Below are positions 1 through 12,600 of a DNA stretch of 64,000 nucleotides, in pieces. The notes beneath the pieces were generated by a model. It was not told where the DNA came from and searched no databases. It saw only the letters and a program-made list of their open reading frames with translations. Location: the NCBI GenBank assembly GCA_038087875.1, contig CM075979.1, forward strand, positions 56,296,001 through 56,360,000, written 5' to 3'. Positions within the stretch are counted from its first letter, which is position 1. Each line of letters opens with the position of its first letter. The position numbers were made by a program, and so were the translations under genes. Source of the DNA: Malacoraja senta (Eukaryota).

Positions 1-544
1 CGGCTGCCACCTCAGCGCCTTCTGCCGGCCGCCCCGCCAGCCAGCCATGGTGTCCTTCAGCACATGCGCAACCGGTGGAGGTGGTGGTTGGCGGGTAGCC
101 AGGTATAATCTGGTCTATTTCAGCCAGATGTTTCTTATGTTGTAAAAAACGTTACCTGTACATTGTTGATTCTATTGCAGGCACAGTTGAGTTTAACATT
201 TTATACGAAACTGCAAAAGAGGAAACTACCTCTTTACTCTGGTTACAAATTTACTTATGTGCAACTGTATTTATAACGGCATAGTAAATTATGCCAACAT
301 TTACCGATATTTATTATAAAACAAATTGTCAACCTGTGATTCATAACAACCTTTACAATATGACACATTGAAGACATTTTTTGCTATGTGTATATCAAAT
401 AATTTTAATGCAATTATCATCACCTGTGATGATTTTTGTTGAGCAAGATATTGTGATTTTTGTAAACATTGACCAAGACTGAGGTGATAGGAATTTTCTT
501 TGTATCTTTTTTGATAAACCACTTCTTATTTTCTTGCCATAAAG

Positions 545-669
545 ATAATGATTGTATTAATCAACAGCACCAAGTCTATGTTCCTTCAACTGATCCGTAC
601 GTTTGCTGTGGAACTTGTAAGAATATGTCATGCCCTTTTGAGGAAGAAGGCAGCATTGTTTTACATAAT
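545..669 (+). CDS. OTOGL: OTOGL internal exon ([42 protein letters not shown])
   Basis: Pyrimidine tract with aag acceptor at 542-544, gtaagt donor at 670, CCGTC motif. Confidence 0.85.
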
Positions 670-3600
670 GTAAGTTGATCCAGGGTATAATGTTATGTGA
701 TTAGTTTTTTTCTATTAATTTAATACCAATAACATGCAAGTCATTTGTTTAGAGAGATGTAAGAACGTTTGTAACAATCATAAATCTGTGATATTATGAG
801 TTTGAAATAGCTAACGATAGGTGAAAAAGTGAAGCTGTTTTAAAGGCCTGAATTTGCACTGGGGAGGGGACTTTTCCCTAATAAAAATGAATTACATTAC
901 ATTGGAAAAGGGTTTAAGTTGACATTATACTTTCCACCCATGTACATGCAGTACATGTCGTCCACTGCACAAATCTCACAAGCAGACGTTTTTTATGCCT
1001 GATCTGGGGGGTGAGAGGGGGGCGGCGTTGGTGGTGTGTGTGATCGAAGATAGTTGATTAGTCAAAAAAGGACCCTGCTTGACAATACAAAAAGTTGACC
1101 TGCTGCCTGTTTCTGTTTCTGAATACAAAAGGTTACCTAATTTTCCAAAGTTTGGGCTGCTGATAAAATAGTAAGATTAAACGAAAACTTACCAGTTTGA
1201 AGTTTGATCTTTATTTTATGCGGAGTTGCGATGAGTGATTACGTGAAGAACCCACCAGTCCGCATGCGTGTCAATCTTCAAAGCAGCGGTGTGAAATCAC
1301 AGATAACAGTAATTGAAGTAATATAGTAAGATTAGAAACTTAGAACTACCAGATGACCTTTGTGATATGAGGGTTGGGAGCAGTGGGCACGTAATCACTC
1401 ATCGCAACCTCATAAAATAAAGATCAAACTTCAAACTGGTAAGTTCTCATTTAATCTTACTATTTTACTTCGGAGTCACGTGAGTGATTCCGTGAAGATT
1501 TCAAAGCTCTGTGATTTAATGCCGTAGATACGAATCCAGGCGTCTCACTGCAGCAATTGACTCGGGATGAGTGAATAATAAACAATTCATTGAACCATGG
1601 CATTGATTTGAATCTGTTAATGGTTTATTTAACAAAGAAAAACAATAGCGACCCCTCTCTCCCAGGGGGAAGCTATGAAACAGAACTTAAAATAGAATGA
1701 GCGAATACCCCCGGTTCGGTAAGTGGTTTGTTATAGAACCGTTGAAACGTCAGTTCATTTGACCATCCTGCGGCTGCGAGGATATGGTCGAGAGGGACGT
1801 CCATTGCCCTCGCTGCTGCCGTTGATGCCGCCCTGGTGGAGTGAGATTTAAAAATGTCAGTGTCTACTCCTGCGCAAACCAGAACCTGTTTCAGCCACCT
1901 TGAAATGGTCTGAACCGACACTTTCATATGCGGCTTTTTGTGGCTAATAAATAATGCTGACTCCGAACCTCTGAGGCTCTTGGTGACCTTGATATAATAT
2001 TGCAAGTGCGACACTACACACAGTCGTAAATCAAGGGGTATGCCGAAAAAGTAAGCTTGAACCCTGACACCCCTGGTCTGCTCTGCTTTATTAAATCATA
2101 AATGTAAAACGTAATTTTATTTCCAGATGATACCATCCTGTCCAGTCGCAGCTTTTGCAAAGTCTGAACCCGTTGCGCTGAAACCAGCGCCATGAGCATG
2201 ACCACCTTAAGGGTGATTTTGGGCAAGGACAGGGCTGGCGAAGCAGCGTGAGTACCATGCTCACATCCCAGATTTCAGAATACCTGGGCCTGGGGGGATT
2301 GGAATTAAAAATACCCTTCATAAACCGGGATATTAAAGGGTGAGATCCAACAGAATGTTGTTCCGACACCAGCCATAAGTATGATGACAGGGCACTCCTG
2401 GCACTATTGATGGCACTATAGCTCAACCCTTCATCAAAATATAGCATTGACAGAAATTCGAGCACATCTGAGATGCATGCTGTGTGATATGTAATGTTCC
2501 CCCATAAGCAGAACACCTCCCATTTCCTGACATGAGATGTGTACTGTTTTTTGGTACTATCCCTCCAGGCCGCAGTGATCACATCCACGGTTCGATCGGA
2601 TAGTCCAAGCCCCAGGTATGGCATCCTCAGAATCTGCAAATTAACAGATCAATACTGTCATATAATGGATGTTGATCCCCAGTTACAGGGTGCACCAGTA
2701 GGTCACTACGTTTCGGGACAGCCAAAAGAGGCTGTGTTATTATGTCCAAAACTAGAGGGAACCATGGCTGAGTAGGCCAGTTGGGTACTACCAAAATTCC
2801 TGAGGCGGAGTCCTGCTTGATCTTGAGCAAGCACCGACTGATGAGGCAAAATGGGGGAAATGCATATAAAAACATTCCTCCCCAGTGTAGCGAGAATGCA
2901 TCTACCGCTACTGGTACCGCTACATGGGTCTGGTTCCCATGAAACATACTTAGGTAATTGGTGGTTGAGTCTGGATGCAAACAAATCAATATCTGGCATC
3001 CCATACCGAACAACAATATCATTAAATACATCATGATGCAACATCCATTCTGTGTTGTCATTGAATTTGCGTGACCTGGTGTCTGCCACCATATTGAATC
3101 TACCTGGTAGGTAGATAACTGATACCCAAATGTTTCTTGTAATGCACCAGTGCCAAATAAGATTAGCCAATCTATCACAAGATTCTGACTTGATTTCACC
3201 CATGTGATTAACATACGCCACTGCCGTAGTGTTGTCAATCTGAAGCTGAACATGCAAGTGATGCTTAGTAGTACAATAAGCCTTAAGCCCATAAAATGCT
3301 CCCAATAACTCTAAATAGTTAATCCCATGTGATTGAAGAATAAATGCCTCATGCTTATTCCATCTGCCTCCACAGCTAGAGATGGTATCAGTAGCACCCC
3401 AACCTAGGGCACTAGCATCAGTCTGTAAGACAACTGAAGGTTCCTTAACCAGAATTTTGTTGGAGCAACTTGAGATGTTCATAATCCACCAATGCACTTC
3501 AGCAATGGCTTCAGCTGGTAATTGCATGTGCTTGCCGAAATGACCTGCATGTATCCTGAGTGCCTGTACCTTTGCTCGTTGTAAATTTTGGTAGTGCAAA

Positions 3601-6600
3601 GGTCCATATTGTGCAGCTGGAAAGGCAGCCACTAATTTGCCAATCAAGTTGGCCACATGTCTAATTGAAGGTTGTTGCTCCACCATGAGCTTGTTACAGC
3701 TTTCAATTAACTCTAATCTCTTGCCCCTGGGCAGAGTCACTGACATGTGAGTTGAGTTAATAGTGAATCCCAAATAATCAATAACTCTAACTGGTATCAA
3801 TTTGGATTTAACTGGATGAATGAGAAACCCCAATCTCTCAAACATGAGTTTAACAACTGAAACAGATAATTCAGCTGCTTCCTGAGTCTTCCCTATGATT
3901 AAGATATCATCCAAATAAGCCATTACAATATGACCCTGAGCCCAGAGTATCCCCAGTATTGGTTTTAACAGTTTTGTAAATAATCTAGGGGCCGGGGTTA
4001 ACACATTAGGTGCTTTAAATTGCCATAATTGCCTCATCCAGCTAAATTTCAAATATCTCCGATAGTCCCTATGAACAGGCACTGAGTAACATGCATCCTT
4101 AAGATCTATACATGCCATATAACATCCTCTGGAAATCAGTTGTTTGGCAGTAACAAATGTTTCCATTTTGAAATGTTTATACTGCACAAAAGGATGATTC
4201 GACACCCCCCCATCCTTCTTTGACCTAGGAAAAATATTAGACACACATTGGTGAGGTTGATAAACCGCCTTCTCAATTACCCCTTATTTATATACAACTT
4301 TTCAATTTCAGCTTGAACCTCCAAATTCTCTTTTTGTGAGAAAATGAGTGCCCGACTTGGTGTATGCTGTGTGGGTGGACGCAAATTGGGAAGGCATTCA
4401 ATTCGATACCCTTGTATACTGCATAGTATAAACAAATCTGATGTTATCCCATACCATTCCTTCAGAAACCAATGTAATCTCCCCCCAACTTGTAGGTGAT
4501 ACCCACTTAATAGGTTCTGACAAGAACCAGACCCACCTACCTCCATGGTTACCGGTGGAATTTTCTGTCCCCTGTTTCTGGTGGGAAAAGACATGTTCGC
4601 CCGTGCCCCTGTTGGAGTGCGCCAGCCGTGCATATTTGTGAATGGGCGGCTTGGTCCTTGACGTGACCCGGTTTCAGCAAACCGTTTGTAGGGATACCGC
4701 CGCCGAAGCGTTCTGCTGGTCATCAGAGCTTTGATCATCCCGACCGTTCTTGCCTCGTCATCCAGCTCCTTGACCCTTTTTGCGAGGTCTTCACCAAAGA
4801 GCAGATTGGGTGGCTGGACATTGCTGGGTTTGCACAGAGCAGCGAACTTCGGGTTGATGGTAGGGCGGATGGCGCTCTTTCTTAGACAGTTTATCTCAAA
4901 ATGTGCATTGCACATGAGGGCCAGGGCATCCTGCTGTACACCAGACAGGTGCCCTTCATCCACCGACCTGGCGAACGCTGTAATGCCCGAGGCGAGCAGC
5001 TACAGCACCCTCTGAAGCCTCATTTCCTGAGCTCTTATACCTACGCCCATATGACCCCATATGGCGTGGTTCACCGCCGGCACTTTGAGGAGAACACAAT
5101 TAGCCCGGGTCTTATACTTTTTGGCCGTTTCATCCATTGTAAGTTCTTGAAGCTGGTGTGACGCCAAGTAATTAATACTTGCGGCCAACTCTTCACCCAG
5201 CGGTTCTCCTTAGTCTGTTGGGACGGCAAACCTTGCTGCCAGGAATGATACCTCTGACTCGTGCCCTTCATCCCTTGGGGTATGCTCCACAGCAAAACCC
5301 ACAGACTCGGCGTCAGAATCATACTGACCCCTCATGCTCTCCTCCTCCAAGAGGGAGACTTTAAGCAGCCCTGACACAGGTGCCGCTGGCGCGGGCTCTG
5401 GAAGAGGCCGGCGCTGACACAACTCCTCCTGTTGTAGTGTATCTTGGTGGAGCATCCTCTCCATTAGGAGCTCCATCCTGGACAACCGTCCAAATATGTT
5501 GTCCCTTACCGGAGGGGAATCCTCCCGGCCCGACTCGTCCGAGTCCACTGGCCGTGCAGACTTTTTAGTGGCTTTGCGCCCCAAAGGTGCAGCCACAGTG
5601 CTCTCAGAAACGAAGTCTGCAGTCGCTGGTCGTACCGCTAGCGACTCGGTAGGTGGGCTAGGCGGCCGCCCGCTACCCGCAGTCCCGCGGGCTTCCAGAA
5701 CTACTTTCCCGGCGGCTCGCCTTGACTTCACCCTCGACGCTTTCTCCTTACTTGAACTCGCTCCTGAAACAAGAATTACCAAGCACAGAAAACGACCTCC
5801 GACTAAGTTTTACACTTACCTGAGGGATTTTAAAACTTACCGCTGAAGGAGCGCTGCTCCTCCCAGCCGGTCGCTGCGCCATGCGTCAGACGTAATGACA
5901 CGCATGCGGACTGGCGGGTTCTTCACGGAATCACTCACGTGACTCCGACGTAAAATATTGCCACATGGAATGTGATGAGATATGAATTAATTTTAGAATA
6001 TAGATTAAAATATACATATCAATATTTGTTAAATGCTACAAATGCAATAAAAACATGCAACATTTTATAGCAATCTCCATCAATTTTATTTCTTTAGGCA
6101 AATTTCAGACGTGAAAACTTTGGATATGTTTTGTTCCTTTTGATTTAACCATTTATTTGACAAATGTTTGGTACATAATTTTGCATGATTTTTTAAAATC
6201 CTTCATTAATAATAAATTAATATAAATTAGGAAAATTATATGTCAACTTTCCAAAATGTTTTATTGCATTTATGCTCATTTATTTAACTCCAGGCTGGAA
6301 CCTCCTGGATTGCTGACTGTATCAGATATGAATGTTTGGAGACAACTGTTGGAGTCACGATGCTTGGCTCTGGAATGGTCTGCCCACCATTTAATGAGAC
6401 TGAATGCATGCAGGTTTGTACTTTCGTTGTCGTAATAATACCGTTCCCTCCACAGAACTACACAATTTGGAGAGAGCTATCTAACTTTTTGAATGCTCAA
6501 AAGGGAACGAGCTCTACATCTACAGAGAATCATAGAGCAACAAATAAATAGAGTTCCACTTGAAAAAGCAATGCCTCCCACAGATATCAACATTTATCAA

Positions 6601-9600
6601 TGCTTGCACGCATACACACAAATGCATATGCACACACATTTCAATATCTCCAACAAAAACTGGCTGGCTGCCGTACATAAAATATTATTGCCTTTTACCT
6701 GCTGGTGGCAGGTCTTTTGTATTTTCCCCCCTGTTTTTCTGCTCCCTCTTGGAGAAATGTGGGAGAGTCATACTTGTTCTTGAAACATTAGAGACCAGGC
6801 TGTTTGGTAACCATTTGTGGTGCAAAACTGCTGTCTAAATTTCATGAAGAGAAAAATCAAACTCAGAATTTAGAGTGGTGAAGTTTGGATTCAATTGGTT
6901 GATATTTGACAAGGATAGATAAGTCTTACTGGAGTTGGTCAGCAGTACAAATAGTTTGAAAGTGTGTTACTTCCTTTGTCTAATAAATGTAAAGTCAATA
7001 TTTGAAAATATGTTATAACATTTTCTTGTGGGCTGTAATTTCTTGCTTACTGAATCAAGTTGGTACCTTACATTTTGAGATCGTTTTGAGATTCCCTAAT
7101 TGTATTTATTGTCTTGAGTTGTTTATACAATTCCTTTGGATGACTGCAGCAAAATACTGTATATTATTTGGTGCCTTGAAGAATAAACTTTGTGTACGGA
7201 GACAAATATATCTCATCTGCTTTTTCTCACTTCCTTATTGAGCCTGGCTCTCATTTTCAAACTATGCCCTCTTACTCTGGATTCTCAGATGAGAGCAAAT
7301 AGTCTTAAATCTATTGAATAGATCATTCCTCAATAATCTATGCTCAACAAACACAAGGAAGTTTCATGCAACCAGTGCACATAATTATGCCCCTTCTCCA
7401 AGACTGCTGTAGCTGGCCTTGATAGTTATAGTTCCAGTGAAACCCAGTTCTCCAGGTGGGTCTTATTAACAAAAACAAGCACCTGGAGCTTTCGATTTTA
7501 ATTGTATCCCTAGACCCCACGATACACGCTCTGTATATATTGGTCATTGATTTTTTTTTGAACTCTTAATTGGCCTTCATTGATTTTTATAAATTGACTC
7601 CTGATTTGTCCCTCTATTGTTCCTGTTTATTGGCCATTTTGAAAATACTCTGATTTGTCTTTTTTCAAAATGATAATCTCAAGTTTATTCAGGTCAGGTT
7701 GGGGTGAGTTCCCCCCCCGGCACGGGTACCATGGAATCCCATGCTACTTGCTCCATGGTTGGATGGACGAATAAACTATCTCCCCCACTTGGTTTGCCAG
7801 GTGAGGAGGGGGCTGTGGACCCCCAGCAGGACCAAACACAAGACCTGTCAAAGGGCGGATGAGCTTCGAGCGAGCCAACGGCCATCCACACTTCAGTAGA
7901 AGTTGCGATCACTGTCGTACATAACATTGTAAGGAATTATGATAAAGCACACACACCAAAATCCTATACTTCCAGTGGCAGAAGTCCGCAGGAACCTGAG
8001 GACAGAGATGTGTGGTGCGCCCGTCACTGTTCCCGTTTGAAACCAGCACCACTGTGTCGCTAATGTTTTCAATAATGATGAATGAATTAATTAATTAATT
8101 ATTCACATAGAACTTCATCCATCTCAATTTTCTCCACTCATTTCATCTGCCTGTGTCTCTTACAAGTTGTGGCTTTCATCAGAATTGCTGACTGTCTCCA
8201 AGTTTAATGCTTGCAAATCTGGACGTACACTTTACTTGTATTCATCTACATCATTGTTAAGAAGCTAAGACCCCAGGAGATTTCCCTGTAGATAACCAAT
8301 CACAATACATACCTTTCTGTCTGTTCCCACACAACCAACTTGCATTGTGGCAGAGTGGCGCAGCTGATAGAACCGCAGTCTCATAGTGCCAGAGATCACG
8401 ACCTCAGGTGCTACCTGTGTGGAGTTTGCATTTTCTCCCTGTGACCACGTTGGTTTCCTCTGGGTGCTCCTGTTTCCTCCCACATTCAAAAGTTGCAGGT
8501 TTGCAGTTTAATTGGCTCTGTAAATTGCCCCTAGTGTGTAGAGAGTGGATGAGAAATTGGGATAACATAGAGCTTGTGTGATGGTTGGCATGGACTCAGT
8601 GGGCTGAAGGGCCTGTTTCCATGTTGTAACTCTAAACATTAAACTAACTCCAGGTTGTCTCCAATTCCATACAGTTTTACTCTTCCTAATTGGCTCTTGT
8701 GTGGGTGCTTATCAATTGTGCCTGGAAGTTGACATTAATTAGAAATGTTTAATGCAATGTCCTCTGTTACTGTGATCTGTTTCTTTTGATAATTTCACTT
8801 TTTTTCCAGAAAGGGGGAATTACAAAGCTTTATATGGATGGCTGCTGCAGGACTTGTAAGTGAACAAGGCTGCATATTATGCTTGTTTGGCTTTGAATTT
8901 GGATAGCTGTGGTTCAATCCTGAATTGCTGGGAAAATGGAGTGGAAAGAGCATGTAGTAAATGAAATCAGTCTTAATGCCAGTTTGTTAACATTGTAAAC
9001 AGTTGTGAACTATTTTTTTGCACTGCTTATTGGGGCTGCTGTTTCATAAATGCAGACTGCTGATACAGTTACTTTGAAAATTATTCTGGAGTATAACTGT
9101 TATATAAAGAAAAGTGGAATTATTTATTCTGATCTTATTTCAAAGGGAAGTTTGGGAATACTATTCACTATTGATAAGGAAAGGAGTAACTCTGAAACAA
9201 TACCATTATAAAAAAATGGAAGAGAAGTTCATTTTTTGATGCCAGCACCAAATGCTTGCACAGATACTGACAGCCAGTTCTACCACATGTTTCGATCTTT
9301 TTTGCCATCGAGTACATTCCAATCAAATCTTTGTATTTATCGCTAGTGACCAAACTCCCTCAAACTCTTAACATAATTCTGAAGGACAATGTTAGAGATT
9401 CAAGTTCTCATATTCACAAACTCTATATGGCTTTTATTGTCCTGCTAATGATCAAAACTATTGCCTATAGGTACAATTGGAGTTTGTGAATTTCATTGCA
9501 TCTTTTGATAGATGGGAAGTAGAATAATGATATTCTTGAATCCTTCCTCTCCTAATATTTGATTCCCTATTTTTCATGTGTAAGTCTTTTAGTTTGTTAT

Positions 9601-12600
9601 TGTTTTCTCTATTAGCTTTCAGTTTCCAGTTAATCTTCATTAACTTTAAACAATTTTTTGTTTAACTATTTCCCCTCAATGTTTCTTTGTGGCTTTATCT
9701 TTTAATTTAGAGGGTAGCATCACTTTCATGTGGTAATATACCTACGTCTCTGCTGCACCATATTAAATTTGAAATCTAATTAATGATAAAAGGAAGGCCC
9801 TACAAACATTAATAGATTTACCATTTCTACAATTAAATATGTTCCTGAATTCTAATGGATAGAAAGACTACAATTTGACAGATATGCCTTGACCACGTTT
9901 AATAACCTGTCAAATTTAATTCATTTGGAGTCAGTATTTTGGAACTCTGGGAAGAAAGAAATGGAATTTGAAAAGAGACCTAATTGTCTATATCTCCCAG
10001 TCTGAAGAAGGGTCTTGACCCAAGACGCAACCCATTCCTTCTCTCCAGAGATGCTGCCTGTCCCTCTGAGTGACTCCAGCTTTTTGTGTCCCTCTCACGC
10101 TTTTTGCTCCATCAAATTTTGGACATGTTATAATGGGAACTGATCCATAATCCAACCTTGGTGCGGCAAATGACCTTTGGGGTGGGTGTTGGGTGCCCAA
10201 ATTTAAGTGGTGGGTTTGTGCATCCTGTTGGTCCTGTTGTTACTGTGCCACATAACATTAAACAATTGCTGGTGGTAGTATTAGTTAGTGCTACAGTGGC
10301 TTGCAAAAGTATTCATACCCCTTGAACTTTTCCACATTTTGTCACGTTACAACCACAAACGTAAATGTATTTTATTGGGATTTTATGTGATAGACCAACA
10401 CAAAGTGGTGCATAATTGTGAAGTGGAAGGAAAATGATACATGGTTTTCAAATTTTTTTACAAATAAAAAACTGAAAAGTGTCGCGTGCAAAAGTATTCA
10501 GCCCCCCTGAGTCAATACTTTCGCTGCAATTACAGCTGCAAGTCTTTTGGGGTATGTCTCTACCAGCTTTGCACATCTAGAGACTGAAATTTTTGCCCAT
10601 TCTTCTTTGCAAAATAGCTCAAGCTCAGTCAGATTGGATGGAGAGCGTGTGTGAACAGCAATTTTCAAGTCTTGCCAGAGATTCTCAATTGGATTTAGGT
10701 CTGGACTTTGACTGGGCCATTCTAACACATGAATATGCTTTGATCTAAACCATTCCATTGTAGCTCTGGCTGTATGTTTAGGGTCGTTTTCCTGCTGGAA
10801 GGTGAACCTCCGCCGCAGTCTCAAGTCTTTTGCAGACTCTAACAGGTTTTCTTCCAAGATTGCCCTGTATTTGGCTCCATCCATCTTCCCATCAACTCTG
10901 ACCAGCTTCCCTGTCCCTGCTGAAGAAAAGCATCCCCACAGCATGATGCTGCCACCACCATGTTTCACAGTGGGGATGGTGTGTTCAGGGTGATGTGCAT
11001 TGTTAGGTTTCCACCACACATAGCGTTTTGCATTTAGGCCAAAAACTTCAATTTTGGTCTCATCTGACCAGAGCACCTTCCTCCACATGTTTGCTGTATC
11101 CCCCACATGGCTTGTGGCAAACTGCAAACGGGACTTCTTATGGGTTTTTTTCAACAATGGCTTTCTTCTTGCCACTCTTCCATAAAGGCCCGATTTGTGG
11201 AGTGTACGACTAATAGTTGTCCTGTGGACAGATTCTCCCACCTGAGCTGTGGATCTCTGCAGCTCCTCCAGAGTTACCATGGCCCTCTTGGCTGCTTCTC
11301 TGATCAATGCTCTCCTTGCCCGGCCTGTCAGTTTAGGTGGACGGCCATGTCTTGGTAGGTTTGCAGTTGTGCCATACTCTTTCCATTTTCGGATGATGGA
11401 TTGAACAGTGCTCCGTGAGATGTTCAAAGCTTGGGATATATTTTTATAACCTAACCCTGCTTTAAACTTCTCCACAACTTTATCCCTGACCTGTCTGGTG
11501 TAATCCTTGGGCTTCATTATGCTGTTTGTTCACTAATGTTCTCTAACAAACCTCTGAGGCCTTCACAGAACAGCTGTATTTATACTGAGATTAGATTACA
11601 CACAAGTGGACTCTATTTACTAATTAGATGACTTCTGAAGGCAATTGGTTGCACTGATTTTATTTAGGGGCATCAGAGTAAAGGGGGCTGAATACTTTTG
11701 CACGTGACACTTTTCAGTTTTTTATTTGTAAAAAAATTTGAAAACCATGTATCATTTTCCTTCCACTTCACAATTATGCGCCACTTTGTGTTGGTCTATC
11801 ACATAAAATCCCAATAAAATACATTTACGTTTGTGGTTGTAACGTGACAAAATGTGGAAAAGTTCAAGGGGTATGAATACTTTTGCAAGCCACTGTATAT
11901 TGCCCAAAGAAAAGCATAGAGCTGTGGGAGCTGGACATTTTCTTGTAGCCATTTAGGAAATTTAAGGTAACCTGACCAAGCTAACCATTGCTAACAACGG
12001 GCTACAATAAACTGGCCAATATATATTTTAAATCTCCAATATACTTTGTAAAACAAACATCATATTTCAACTGAAATCCTCTCCAAAGGTAATAGTCCAT
12101 AGGCATACAAAAACTGTTATACTTCAGAATTGTATATGTTTAAACTGATGTGGCTGCAGGGAATGCACCTAAATTCAAAACACTTGCTTACATGTGATTC
12201 TTTAGTATTATTTTGATTTATAAACATGCCATCACAAACTAAAAGCATGTGCTGTTGAATGGCCTTTCAAATTCATCACCAGCTTCTGTTCATATGCATT
12301 CCTTTTGGCAGCAACATTTACACCAGCTTGAGTTAATGCATGCCAGATATATAAGATTTAATTGTAATTTATGATGTCATTTTATATTAAACTGATATTG
12401 ATAATTCTGCCAGGTTCTGGATTGGGTTTATTACCTTTTACCATTAGTCCAGTAGTCCCAACTGGTAGTACTAACTGTGACACAGGTACTATTCCCATTA
12501 TGTACTTTATTTGCAATTTCAGTGTTTTATCAACAGCAAAATGTATTGTATATGAGATGCATGGTTTGGGTATTATGTAAAAAGCACAGAATGACTTCTG

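Larger units (their letters stand above)
1165..5956 (-). mobile_element. DIRS1-type tyrosine-recombinase retrotransposon, copy A. Full length with frameshifted ORFs, in an OTOGL intron.
   Basis: Gag, RT (YLDD), RNase H ([17 protein letters not shown]), methyltransferase-like (YAFPP) and YR (HSTRAA...AAGW...FQRFY) coding blocks. ITRs ~1232-1273 and ~5896-5937. ICR 1388-1498 is complementary to both termini joined through ATTTT. Confidence 0.95.

Noticed and set aside
1-102. GC-rich start of the window with an ATG and a GGTAT donor-like site
   Set aside because: No Cys-rich otogelin-like reading frame, and it is truncated by the window edge, so it cannot be classified.
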